The position numbers and the translations under genes were made by a program. Positions 19,197 through 28,956 of a stretch of 44,081 nt of DNA are shown in pieces. The notes under the pieces are model-generated. The model was given only the letters and a program-made list of their open reading frames with translations, did not search any database and was not told where the DNA came from. Numbering within the stretch: position 1 is the first letter of the stretch; every line of letters starts with the position of its first letter. Origin of the DNA: Pseudobacteriovorax sp. (lineage in GTDB: Bacteria > Bdellovibrionota_B > Oligoflexia > Oligoflexales > Oligoflexaceae); the NCBI GenBank assembly GCA_013215145.1, contig JABSRP010000053.1, positions 1-44,081 on the forward strand, in the 5' to 3' direction.

Positions 19197-20693
19197 CTAT
19201 CCTTTCATTCTCATAGTAATTGTCGACTTGTAATCATCTACTGAAGCTTTTGCTTCAGTTTGATTGTTATGCTTTAGCGTAAGCGCAATTCTGTATAGAA
19301 CGCCCTCATGCTCAAAGTTTTCTCCAAAAGCTCCGTTGGGTACCCACTGAGCTAGATTAGTACGTCGCCTTAAGTAGTCCTCGAGTTCAAGGCACTGTGT
19401 TTGGTCGCGAGCCCATTGAGGATGGATCACAGTAAAACCTAAAATGTGGTCTGTGGGCGCGGTTTCTTCGGTTTTAAATGGTGGTGGTACTGGCTTTTCT
19501 TGTGCTTGCCTAATTAGCTTTTTAGCATGTTTAACGACACGTAGAGCGCCTTCACGACTACCGGTTATTTTTCCCCCATAGATAGTGATCCAAGGCTGGT
19601 CTTTCTGAGCATAAATAATGTGCTTTCGAGAAATCGCTAAGGAGGACTGAGGTAGTTTCTTTCCTTTTTTAACAGCAAGTGGCCGAATACCGACTCTGAT
19701 CGAGACGATGTCTCGACGACTTTTCTTCTCGGAAAAGTGCTGATTATATTTTTGTAATAGCCAATCGATATCTGTTTTTGTTGCTGAGAAACCTTCGTTT
19801 ATGGAATTGAGGTAGGTTTCCGTAGGACCCCACGTGGAGGTAGGGCCAAATGGAAGAAAGCAAAGGGTATCGCCATTTTCGCCCATTTCCACAACAATGG
19901 GATTCTGATGCTCCTTAGCTCTCTTAAAGTTAATGCTAACCCCTTTACTGAGAGCATGCTTATAAGGCGTCTGAACCTTTGCTAGATCGTTGATCGCATC
20001 AGCCCAGACACCCGCCGCATTTACGATAAGTTTGCATGGAATCTCCAAAATTTTATTGCTTTGCCGGTCACGGATTTTGACAACATGTCCAGTCTCCAGA
20101 GTTTTATGACTTATGAACTCGCAGTAATTAATGGCAATAGAGGTGTTTTGGTTGTTATGGATTTTCTCGTTTACATGGGATGCATCTGATGTGGAGAGAA
20201 AGCCCTCCTGAAATTTCAGAAACCTTTTTTTGTGTTGACCTTCGGTTAGGAGTGATTTACTCGGGCACTGACCTGTGATCTTGGGGATATCGCGCTTTAA
20301 CCGGCTCATGATCCAGTAGAACAGAACTGCAACATACATGAACAGAGTAGGGACTTTGCTATCGCTGTCTCCAATAAAGTATATATCCCTAGCTATCACT
20401 GAGGATTTGGCATGTTTAATAAGATGATCCCTTGCTTTCGAAAGTTTCCAAACGGACTTTATATCGAACTGCTTTAAGTAAAGGAGTCCTCCCCAGATCA
20501 TCATGGAGGACGCTTGACTTGTGCCGCTAGCGAAATCACTGCGATCAATCAGTAGAGTTCTGAACCCTCGAGTGGAAAGTTCCTGAAAGCAACTTGACCC
20601 TGAGATTCCCCCTCCTATGATGAGGACATCGAAGTCTGTGGATTCAATCCGTTTTATTCTTTGTTTGCGATCCATGGGCTTCTCCTGTTTCAA
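19197..20693 (-). CDS. FAD-dependent oxidoreductase of the glycerol-3-phosphate dehydrogenase/oxidase (GlpD/GlpA) family
   Basis: The N-terminus DVLIIGGGISGSSCFQELSTRGFRTLLIDRSDFASGTSQASSMMIWGGLLYL closely parallels the GlpD FAD-binding region. Its stop is 4 nt from the DegT gene start. Confidence 0.7.
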   Translation of the reverse strand: MKQEKPMDRKQRIKRIESTDFDVLIIGGGISGSSCFQELSTRGFRTLLIDRSDFASGTSQASSMMIWGGLLYLKQFDIKSVWKLSKARDHLIKHAKSSVIARDIYFIGDSDSKVPTLFMYVAVLFYWIMSRLKRDIPKITGQCPSKSLLTEGQHKKRFLKFQEGFLSTSDASHVNEKIHNNQNTSIAINYCEFISHKTLETGHVVKIRDRQSNKILEIPCKLIVNAAGVWADAINDLAKVQTPYKHALSKGVSINFKRAKEHQNPIVVEMGENGDTLCFLPFGPTSTWGPTETYLNSINEGFSATKTDIDWLLQKYNQHFSEKKSRRDIVSIRVGIRPLAVKKGKKLPQSSLAISRKHIIYAQKDQPWITIYGGKITGSREGALRVVKHAKKLIRQAQEKPVPPPFKTEETAPTDHILGFTVIHPQWARDQTQCLELEDYLRRRTNLAQWVPNGAFGENFEHEGVLYRIALTLKHNNQTEAKASVDDYKSTITMRMKG

Positions 20694-20792
20694 TCACCAC
20701 TCTGATAAGGACTTATCGCCGATTGGTATCGAAAATTGACATTTTATGATATAGTACTGAATAACGGTACTTTAGGGGGCGTGAGGTAGGTT

Positions 20793-21554
20793 GTGGCTGA
20801 TCAAGTGGATCGTATCCTTTCGATATTAAAACGAATTATAAAGTCTAGAGGGAAAACCTATCGCGACATTGCTGAAGGTCTAGGGATTTCTGAAAGCAGC
20901 GTAAAACGGGTGTTTTCCCACCAGACTTTTTCCTTGGCTCGTATGGAAGAGGTTTGCAACCTGATAGGAATTTCGATTTACGAAGTTTGCCGCATCGCGG
21001 AAAGCATTCCTGGTCAATCAGTGAGTCATCTTCCCTACGAATTGGAAGATATTCTAATCAAGGATGTTAAGTTTGCTACGTTAACCTACCTATTGATTAA
21101 CGAATGGCAAGTAAAACAGATATTAGCTGATTATCGATTCACAAAGGAAGAGGTACAAGGATACCTGAAAATTCTCGAGGACTATCAAATTTTAGAGCGG
21201 CATCCAAATTTTCGAATCCGCATGCTTGTCCCCAGGAGTGTCAGTTGGATTCCAGAAGGACCTCTAGAAAATCATTTTCGAGACTGGGTGAAAAAAGAGT
21301 TTTTGAATGATGCCTTTCAAGACGAAATGAGTTTATTCCGATTCTCTAGCGGCGAATTATCTGAACGATCTCAAAAAATTTTGCATAGAAAGATCAAGGA
21401 AACCATAGATTTATTTGACGAATTGGCCTCATTTGATGCATCTCTTGATCGTTCAGAAACAGAAAGCGTGGGAATGATAACCGCTATAAGACCGTGGTCG
21501 CTTCCTGCGTTTGAAGCATTGAAGCGTAACAGTACCTTGAAGGAAAACACATAA
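20793..21554 (+). CDS. XRE-family helix-turn-helix transcriptional regulator with a C-terminal domain of unknown function
   Basis: N-terminal HTH (KTYRDIAEGLGISESSVKRVFS). It is divergent from the GlpD-like operon, separated by 99 bp that contain a TTGACA. Confidence 0.7.
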   Translation: MADQVDRILSILKRIIKSRGKTYRDIAEGLGISESSVKRVFSHQTFSLARMEEVCNLIGISIYEVCRIAESIPGQSVSHLPYELEDILIKDVKFATLTYLLINEWQVKQILADYRFTKEEVQGYLKILEDYQILERHPNFRIRMLVPRSVSWIPEGPLENHFRDWVKKEFLNDAFQDEMSLFRFSSGELSERSQKILHRKIKETIDLFDELASFDASLDRSETESVGMITAIRPWSLPAFEALKRNSTLKENT

Positions 21555-21612
21555 ATTTTATGAAGGATCAAAAAAGTAGATGATAGGAGCCTTTAAATAG
21601 TCTTCCCCATAC

Positions 21613-21642
21613 TTACAAATCGTGGAACCCTCATGATACAAT
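21613..21642 (+). promoter_or_regulatory. Candidate sigma70-type promoter for the solute-binding-protein gene (TTACAA -N18- TACAAT)
   Basis: Hexamers read directly from the sequence; the spacing is 18 nt. It lies about 85 bp upstream of the TTG start. Confidence 0.3.
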
Positions 21643-21724
21643 ATACCCGAACTCAATCAATTATTTGTATCCATTTTTTGGGTGGCTTTGATTTTTCCTA
21701 TCTTAATACTGAGGAGTTAGAGAA

Positions 21725-23017
21725 TTGAAACTGAAGTGGCTAACTACAAGAAACAGAGTCAAGCAAGCACTTTCGGGTGGTGTTTTAGGAATTACCTTGA
21801 GTCTTGGCTCAAGTTCAGCCCTCGCAGATACTGTCGAAGTCTTACATTGGTGGACCTCTGGGGGAGAGAAAGAGGCTGCAGATCAACTTAAGGCAAAAGT
21901 TGAGGCTGATGGTCACACCTGGAAGGACGCGATTATCACCGGAGGTGGCGGTGATAATGCTATGAAAGTTCTCAGGCAGCGTGCTGTTTCCGGCAATGCT
22001 CCATCGGTAGTACAGATGAAGGGACCAGCTATTCAAGAGTGGGGTACCTACCTTGTGGACGTGGATGCGGCAGCCAAAAAACTCTCCTTCGATAAAATTC
22101 TACCTACCGAGGTAAAATCGGTGATGAAACATAAGGGCAAATACGTCGCTGTCCCCGTTAATGTTCATAGGACCGATTGGGTTTGGGCCAATAAAAAGCT
22201 TGTCGAGCCAATTTTGGCAAAAGCTAAAAATCAAAAAGGGTTTGATCAAATTCTATTTGTCGGAAAAGAGCTTAAGAAAAAGGGGGTCCAGGCCTTCGCT
22301 CATGGAGGGCAACCATGGCAAGATGCTACTGCTTTCGAGGCCATATCTCTTAGTGTAGGTGGCCCAGAATTTTACCAAAAGGCTTTTGTCGACTTAGATC
22401 TTAAAACCCTAAAGGGACCCAAAATGAAGGATGTTTTTGAAAAAACGAGAGAGTATACCAAACTATTGGATCCAAATCGAAAGGGTCTAGACTGGGACAA
22501 GGCCACTAAACTTGTCATTGAAGGAAAGGCCGGGATGCAGTTGATGGGGGATTGGGCAAAAGGAGAGTTTCTGGTCGCAGGTCAAAAACCCGGTAAAGAC
22601 TTTTTATGTTTTCCTGTTCCTACTGCTGGTCAAAGAGGTTTTTTGTTTAATATAGATAGTTTTACTTTCTTCAAGCAAAAATCGGGATCTGGAAAAGCGA
22701 CCCAGGGTCAACTTTCCTTTGCTAAACAGATTTTGACTCCTGATTTCCAACAGTCCTTCAATCTAAAAAAAGGGTCGATCCCAGTAAGGGTTGACTCCAA
22801 AGTAGGTGCTTTCGATAAATGTGCTAAAGACTCATTTTCTGACTTCACAAATGACAAAGTACGTCGCTTGCCGAGTTTTGCTCATAAGATGGCTATGCAA
22901 CCAGATGTTGAGTCTGCAGTTGTGGAAGTGATCACTGGATTTTTTAATAGCAATATGACTCCCGACTCTGCCGTGAAAAGACTGAGTTCTTCCGTCGAAG
23001 AAATCATCGAAGATTAG
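21725..23017 (+). CDS. ABC-transporter periplasmic solute-binding protein, family 1 (sugar or oligosaccharide binding). It is an orphan, with no permease or ATPase genes adjacent
   Basis: Signal peptide followed by VEVLHWWTSGGEKEA, typical of MalE-like sugar SBPs. The start is TTG, with a strong GAGGAG 7 nt upstream. Confidence 0.75.
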   Translation: MKLKWLTTRNRVKQALSGGVLGITLSLGSSSALADTVEVLHWWTSGGEKEAADQLKAKVEADGHTWKDAIITGGGGDNAMKVLRQRAVSGNAPSVVQMKGPAIQEWGTYLVDVDAAAKKLSFDKILPTEVKSVMKHKGKYVAVPVNVHRTDWVWANKKLVEPILAKAKNQKGFDQILFVGKELKKKGVQAFAHGGQPWQDATAFEAISLSVGGPEFYQKAFVDLDLKTLKGPKMKDVFEKTREYTKLLDPNRKGLDWDKATKLVIEGKAGMQLMGDWAKGEFLVAGQKPGKDFLCFPVPTAGQRGFLFNIDSFTFFKQKSGSGKATQGQLSFAKQILTPDFQQSFNLKKGSIPVRVDSKVGAFDKCAKDSFSDFTNDKVRRLPSFAHKMAMQPDVESAVVEVITGFFNSNMTPDSAVKRLSSSVEEIIED

Positions 23018-23259
23018 AATGGCTAAGCAATACGCCATAACGGCTATTTGGTCTGAGTGAATCTAACTCCTGCAATAGTTTTCATTTACAGTATCAGCAA
23101 TTTACCAGCCTCATGGGTTTGAGGCTTCTGTTGTCCAAGCACGACAAAATCCAAAAAGACAGCAAATTGATTGCAATAAATTAGCTTTAGGGGGGTCCTT
23201 GACGAAAAGGGCTCTCGTTAACGAGCTTTGTTTCTTTTCATTAAGATAAGGAATAGGTC

Positions 23260-24087
23260 ATGAGTTTTGATCAAGAGGCCTGTTTTCAAAATCTATCTTT
23301 AGTGTTTCGTCGATATCGCGGTTCTGGAGATAGTTTTGTCATAAATAATATTTTGTCAGAAGACGAAACGGATAAATCCGAAATTTTTTTTGACGATCAA
23401 TTTCTACAAAAAAGCGATTGCTTGAAAGAGCGTCTACCAAAAATCCTGAAAACTCTATGCGATGATGATTGGTCGGGACCTTCCAGTGCTTGGGAAAAAC
23501 TGTTTCGTTATCTTGTAATATTTCGGTTTTATGATTGGTCGATAGAGGAACGAGATGCTGTATTGTCGGCCATTCATCTCTGGATGATTGATCTTGATGA
23601 GAGTGGCGATCATGATACCTACGGGGTGATTTCTGATGCTGCTTTTAACACGGGTTTTGATCAGGTACTTTTTGGTGCTGATGATGAGGAGGGGCCGACT
23701 TGGAAAATTACTTTTCAGCTAAAAAGATCGAAGCTCTATATTCTCCTAAGGAACTTAGTTCCCATGAAACTAAAACAATCTGAGATTTTGATCAACGAGA
23801 GTACAATAAGGGTGCTGAAATGGCATGATTTAAGCGATTTAAAGCAGTTTTTTGAAAGTATCGGTTCAGATTTTCTTTGGATGTACTCTTTTACTGAACT
23901 TAATTTGTCATCCTTGCGATTGAAGAACTGTGAAACTCATGTGTCCGGCGGAAAAAAGCAAATTGAGTTTTCTATTTCACTGCCAAGGCATGAGGATCTT
24001 CAAATATCTACTGCAGTTTTAGAATCTTCGGCTGAGGCACTATGTGCCTCGCTCGAACTAGATGGTTACGAAGTCTTGCATAACTAG
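23260..24087 (+). CDS. Cytoplasmic hypothetical protein (275 aa)
   Basis: Long ORF with a GGAATAGG upstream. No recognisable motifs. Convergent with the amylase gene, with a 4-nt overlap. Confidence 0.45.
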   Translation: MSFDQEACFQNLSLVFRRYRGSGDSFVINNILSEDETDKSEIFFDDQFLQKSDCLKERLPKILKTLCDDDWSGPSSAWEKLFRYLVIFRFYDWSIEERDAVLSAIHLWMIDLDESGDHDTYGVISDAAFNTGFDQVLFGADDEEGPTWKITFQLKRSKLYILLRNLVPMKLKQSEILINESTIRVLKWHDLSDLKQFFESIGSDFLWMYSFTELNLSSLRLKNCETHVSGGKKQIEFSISLPRHEDLQISTAVLESSAEALCASLELDGYEVLHN

Positions 24088-25742
24088 TTGCTCTGAAAAA
24101 TTGCAGGAACAAGTTTCTTGGGAACGAAAACAGCAGCCGATCTCCCAGGGAGGGTAACAGTCAGCGATCCATTCATAGCTTTGATTTCTTTTTGGTTGGA
24201 GCGGCCAAGGATATCGACATATACCTCTCCATCATTGGCGTTATTCGAAAGCGAAAGTGTCACGGGAAAGCTTGGCGGTAAAAAACCATTGTTAAACACA
24301 ACCACTGCGTTTTCATCATTGTGAGACCTTTCAAATGCCCAGACATTGGAGTTTTGAGGTCCGTTCTGTCGCCAAACCTCTCTATAAGAACCTATTTGAA
24401 GAGGGGTATAGTTCTGTCGAATTCTAAGCAAGTCTTTTACCAATGTAAAAATTTTATTGGGTTCTGGTAGGAATCCCTCGTATGTCCCTAGTCGTCCTTG
24501 CTCCGAAAAAGCCCATTCTGGCATAAATCGACGGTTATAAGGATCTCTCCCACCAAACATTCCAATCTCGTTTCCATAGTATATTTGTGGGACACCAGGG
24601 ACTGTGAGCAGTGCGGTCAATGCCAGCAAATACCTCTCTTGTTTTTCCTCTAGTGATATACCCTGAGACATCTCTTCCAAAAATCTAGGAACATCATGAT
24701 TGTCTAGCAGATTGATCATGTAACTAGCGCGCTCTTCTCCGTATCGAGTGATGGTTTCCGACATCCGTGCTGCGACTGCATCGACGGAACCACCGCGAGC
24801 AAAGGTATCAATAAATGCCCGCCTTAGGGGAAAGTTAAATAAGCCGTCAAATCCAGCCTCAAGGTAACGATCATATTTGTAAAACGATCCCTCATCTAAG
24901 AGTTCTCCAATCACATAAAGGGAGTTGTCCCTCGCAATCATGCCTGGGATCCATTGGTTTTTGAAATAGAGAGGATCCACGTGTTTGACGGTATCCATTC
25001 GGATGCCATCAATATCAAATCGATCAATCCATCTTTGATGTAAGTCCACGAGATAATCTCTGACATCCTTTCGGCGATGATCAAAGTCTGGTAAACCAGC
25101 GAGAGAGCAAAATATTTCAGGATCGCCTTGTGAGCTGCAACTGCTCGGTTCAGTAAACCATTCAGGTCTTTGGTGGAAGATAGTGGCCCCGTATCCTGCA
25201 TGATTAACCACCATATCGAGCATCACTTTCATTCCTTGGGAATGGGACTGGTTGAGCAAATGATCAAATTCAAGGGCTGTCCCAAACCTTGGATCTAACT
25301 CTAGCTGGTAAGGGATTTTGAAGTCTGCCCAGTATCCAGGGAATCCGCAGTTTGCGCCAGCTTTCTCTGCGACACCTTTATACAGAGGAGTGATCCAAAG
25401 AGCGTCGGCACCCAAGTTGCTAATGTAGTCCAAACGTTGGGTGAGGCCGTCAATGTCTCCACCTTGATAGGCATGAATGTCATTGGCTTGGTTGCAGGTC
25501 TCAACCCCGTTTAGCGTATCATTACCTGGATTTCCGTTGCTAAAACGATCGACTACAGTAAAGTAGATCACTCGGCGTCTCCAGTCTGTCAGGGCATCCT
25601 CATCCCTTGGGCTTACTGAGACGGTGTTTACCTCTGCAACCTGTGCGAAATTCATAGGATAACTTGTCGTTAGGCCTGATACCGCTGCAATAAAGAATAC
25701 TAGTTTTCTTGCGCTCATCATAAGGAATGTCTCCCTGAACAT
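24084..25742 (-). CDS. Secreted GH13 alpha-amylase-family glycoside hydrolase
   Basis: Signal peptide. All four GH13 conserved regions are present: LDMVVNHAG, GIRMDTVKH, VIGELLD and LLDNHD. Confidence 0.9.
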   Translation of the reverse strand: MFRETFLMMSARKLVFFIAAVSGLTTSYPMNFAQVAEVNTVSVSPRDEDALTDWRRRVIYFTVVDRFSNGNPGNDTLNGVETCNQANDIHAYQGGDIDGLTQRLDYISNLGADALWITPLYKGVAEKAGANCGFPGYWADFKIPYQLELDPRFGTALEFDHLLNQSHSQGMKVMLDMVVNHAGYGATIFHQRPEWFTEPSSCSSQGDPEIFCSLAGLPDFDHRRKDVRDYLVDLHQRWIDRFDIDGIRMDTVKHVDPLYFKNQWIPGMIARDNSLYVIGELLDEGSFYKYDRYLEAGFDGLFNFPLRRAFIDTFARGGSVDAVAARMSETITRYGEERASYMINLLDNHDVPRFLEEMSQGISLEEKQERYLLALTALLTVPGVPQIYYGNEIGMFGGRDPYNRRFMPEWAFSEQGRLGTYEGFLPEPNKIFTLVKDLLRIRQNYTPLQIGSYREVWRQNGPQNSNVWAFERSHNDENAVVVFNNGFLPPSFPVTLSLSNNANDGEVYVDILGRSNQKEIKAMNGSLTVTLPGRSAAVFVPKKLVPAIFQSN

Positions 25743-25902
25743 AGGTTTTCATTTGGCTGTGAAAAAGCTCCTACTCTCGTCTAGTTCATGATCGTTGGAT
25801 TAGTCGAATGAATAATAGAAATCAGAAATATGAAATTTAATAATGAAAGGTATTTTGATCCTGTTATGTTTAATGTGCTGTCAAAACGTACAGGTCTGGT
25901 CC

Positions 25903-28761
25903 CTAGGAGGCTTTTGAGTCCGAGGCGATGGCTAGAGAAAGCCTTGTAAATTCTACTATATGATTGGGTAGGAAAATCTGAAAGGAAAAAGCGTAAGACC
26001 TACTATCTTTACTAGATTCGGCAAGACTCACATCGACTGATCCTCCCTCAACTTCGATAAACTCTTTCACAACATCTAAACCGACTCCACGTCCCGATAA
26101 ATCCGAGACTTCGCTCTTAGTAGAGAACCCCGGGATAAAAATAGTCCTTGCTATCTCAAGTGGAGAAGAGAGATCAGCATGCCTCCGCTCGGACATCTTG
26201 GAGGTCCTTTCTTTGAGTTTGTGCAAGTCAAGACCTGAGCCATCGTCGGCATAGGTAAGCTGGATTCCGTTGTTAGACATGGTGACCGAGATTTCGATAT
26301 TTCCCATCTCGTCTTTCCCTTTTTCTTTTCTGATATTCGGCGGCTCAATGCCGTGGTCCATACTATTGCGGAATAAATGGACAAAAACGTTTTGGATTAG
26401 CGTTGCGTACTCCATTTTAAGACTAACCTCATCACCTGAGTAGGTGATATTGGGCATTGGTTTGTCTAGGTTTTGGGCTATAGATTCGAGAGACTTTACA
26501 ATATCTGTGAGAATATCTTCCAAGGATAGCTTGGTCATTTGAAATAATTTATCCCTCACGAGAAATAAATCTTGTTGGCTCTTTTCGGATTGAACGCTGT
26601 TGCTACTCTGATCGATCATCTGAAAGATTTCGGAGATTGCCAATTTCGACACCTGAATGCTGTTATCGTCGGACTGTGATTGATGGAGAGCCTCCTCTTT
26701 CAATCGCTGGTATTCATCTATTTCCTCGGATACTGCCTGGACTTCTGACAACATTTGCTCTCTATCCCATAGGGACGGTGTATCCCTAATTTGGGAAAAT
26801 CTGTTTTCTGCATGGTGAGTTTTTTCGGCCAAAAAGCTGAACTTGTAAGTGCGAGCTAACCCCTTCAATGTATGCATGTTTCTAAAAATAAGGTTAATTC
26901 TTGACTCCCTATCCAGCCCTTCATTTTGAATAGAGTCGCGACATGAAGCCGTTAACTTGCGGCTGGTTTGGATGATATCTCGAAATTTTTCTGGCTTTAC
27001 TTCGATGATCTCGTGGAGGTATTTTAGCTCGCTGGTTACTTTTTCGTTCTTTGCCCTTAATCGTCTGATTTCCGTGGAATCTCTGACTGCAACGATGATT
27101 TTTTCAATACTGGAATCATGTTCATCGATAATATAAGACCAATCGATATCGAGGTATTTTGCCTCATCACCACTCCCGATCGAAATTTCCTTGGGTAAAA
27201 GATGTTCGTTGGCCTCAAAGACAATAGCATCTTGTCCCACAACCGACTGAAGGGTAGCTTCCACCTGGTTCTTTTCATTGGTATCCAAACTACTATGGGC
27301 AAAGAGTAGATCCCTTAACAAAACTTTAGGCGATAGACGACCTGCTAAAATCACCTCAAGCTCACTAGAGTATTCAGGATCAATAGTGAGGTTATCATTT
27401 GAAATCGAAAAAATTCCTTGCCTGAGGGAGTCTAGAACGGATCTAATATGCCTAGTTTGGCTTGCTACTTTTCTATCTAAATTTTCAATATGTTCATTTA
27501 ATTCTTTGTTCAATCCTTTGATGGTGGTCTCATCTTTTTCAACCTGAGCAAAAGCATTAGAAAAGCGCATGGCTATATTACTAGCTTGAAAAAGGATAAG
27601 TAGCATGAGCCCGTAAGATAGCAACCAAGATCCTTGGATATATGCCATAGAAACCAGAATATCGTATATTATACTAAAGAAAAAAATTGCTGCTCCAGCA
27701 ATAGCTACCGAAGCCCCAATTTCTTTTTTGTAGGCAGCGCGGAACATTGTTGTGAATGAATAGATGACGCTGAGAATAATAATGAGATGAAAAAATGGCA
27801 GAAATTTCCCATAGGTTTCTTGCTCTCCTATAAGAACTATCATACAGCCGATGATACCTGCAAACCAAATAACCTTTCCACCCCGTGGAAAATATTTTGT
27901 GTAGCTGCTTTTCACGAAGGACATAAATAAGGGTCCACCAATGACGATGGCCAAAAATTCCAATTTTTTAAACCATTCGCTATCGATATTAGGAAAGTTA
28001 CGAATTAAAAGGTTACCATCTGCGGTGCTGATGCGCCTCGATACAATTGCTATGCAAAACAACCCAAAGTATAAGGGAGCCTTACTCTTGGATCGTATCA
28101 TAAATAGTATTAAATGGTATATTCCCATGATGGCAATAAAGCCAATTACGATGCCATTGAAATTGATTTCGTCGATGAACTCGTCAAAGAAAAAAGAGTT
28201 TTTGTGTAGAGACATAGGAGTCCAAAGCCCACCCGAATTGTGGTGAAAGGCAGAAACTTCAAGCCAAATCTTCGCAATACCCTTTTTATCGGACCTAATG
28301 GGGACGTAGGTCGCTCCTCGTCCAGCGGCAGATGTGGCTTTGCTTTTTCCCACCACGCCGCTGGAATCAATATACTTCCCATTGACGAAGATCCTCCAAG
28401 ATGATCCCAGCTCGGGAACGCGTAGGTAAATAAGCCCTCTTGGTTTTTTTAGGTCTAGAAATAGTTCGTAGGTCGCGAAACCTTGTTTCTTTATAAAATT
28501 GTGTTGTTTTGAGAGTTTGTCCCACTTAGTAGGTATACGGACTTTGAGAGACTTTTGAATTTTCCGTGATTCACGGTTTAACTCCGATAGAAAAATTCCC
28601 CAGTAGAAATTCCATTCTGCATCGAGAGAGACTTTGCTTTCAGATATGTCTCCTATCGCGACTTGGTGTCTGGTTGATTTAGCCCAAGAATTGCTAACAG
28701 ACCCTATAGCCAAGGTTAGAGTGAGTAAAAATACTGTCTTAGTTATATTCGGCAATCGCAT
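25903..28761 (-). CDS. 7TMR-DISM receptor fused to a CheA-type histidine kinase module (HPt plus P4 ATPase) of 952 aa. It has no P3/P5 domains and no receiver
   Basis: A signal peptide is followed by a periplasmic 7TMR-DISMED2-like domain (…LRVPELGSSWRIFVNGKYI…) and 7 TM helices. A ~250-aa helical linker follows. The HPt motif is IFRNMHTLKGLARTYKF. The CheA-type catalytic domain reads HLFRNSMDHGIE…, ADDGSGLD and SGRGVGLDVVKEFIEVEGGSVDV. The ORF ends about 40 aa later. Confidence 0.8.
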   Translation of the reverse strand: MRLPNITKTVFLLTLTLAIGSVSNSWAKSTRHQVAIGDISESKVSLDAEWNFYWGIFLSELNRESRKIQKSLKVRIPTKWDKLSKQHNFIKKQGFATYELFLDLKKPRGLIYLRVPELGSSWRIFVNGKYIDSSGVVGKSKATSAAGRGATYVPIRSDKKGIAKIWLEVSAFHHNSGGLWTPMSLHKNSFFFDEFIDEINFNGIVIGFIAIMGIYHLILFMIRSKSKAPLYFGLFCIAIVSRRISTADGNLLIRNFPNIDSEWFKKLEFLAIVIGGPLFMSFVKSSYTKYFPRGGKVIWFAGIIGCMIVLIGEQETYGKFLPFFHLIIILSVIYSFTTMFRAAYKKEIGASVAIAGAAIFFFSIIYDILVSMAYIQGSWLLSYGLMLLILFQASNIAMRFSNAFAQVEKDETTIKGLNKELNEHIENLDRKVASQTRHIRSVLDSLRQGIFSISNDNLTIDPEYSSELEVILAGRLSPKVLLRDLLFAHSSLDTNEKNQVEATLQSVVGQDAIVFEANEHLLPKEISIGSGDEAKYLDIDWSYIIDEHDSSIEKIIVAVRDSTEIRRLRAKNEKVTSELKYLHEIIEVKPEKFRDIIQTSRKLTASCRDSIQNEGLDRESRINLIFRNMHTLKGLARTYKFSFLAEKTHHAENRFSQIRDTPSLWDREQMLSEVQAVSEEIDEYQRLKEEALHQSQSDDNSIQVSKLAISEIFQMIDQSSNSVQSEKSQQDLFLVRDKLFQMTKLSLEDILTDIVKSLESIAQNLDKPMPNITYSGDEVSLKMEYATLIQNVFVHLFRNSMDHGIEPPNIRKEKGKDEMGNIEISVTMSNNGIQLTYADDGSGLDLHKLKERTSKMSERRHADLSSPLEIARTIFIPGFSTKSEVSDLSGRGVGLDVVKEFIEVEGGSVDVSLAESSKDSRSYAFSFQIFLPNHIVEFTRLSLAIASDSKAS

Positions 28762-28956
28762 TCCAAAAAAATATTTTTATAGTTTGTCTTTCGGCAATCG
28801 GAAAGTTAAAGCTATCTTTTAGCAAATTTTCCATGCGTAGCAAGAAAGGTTTCTTTCTGTTCTTTAATGCGATTTGGTTTGTAGATTAGCGCGAGAAATT
28901 TCGGGGGTATAACTACTATATACTTATGGCAAATAAGCCATAACTTTATCGTTTTA

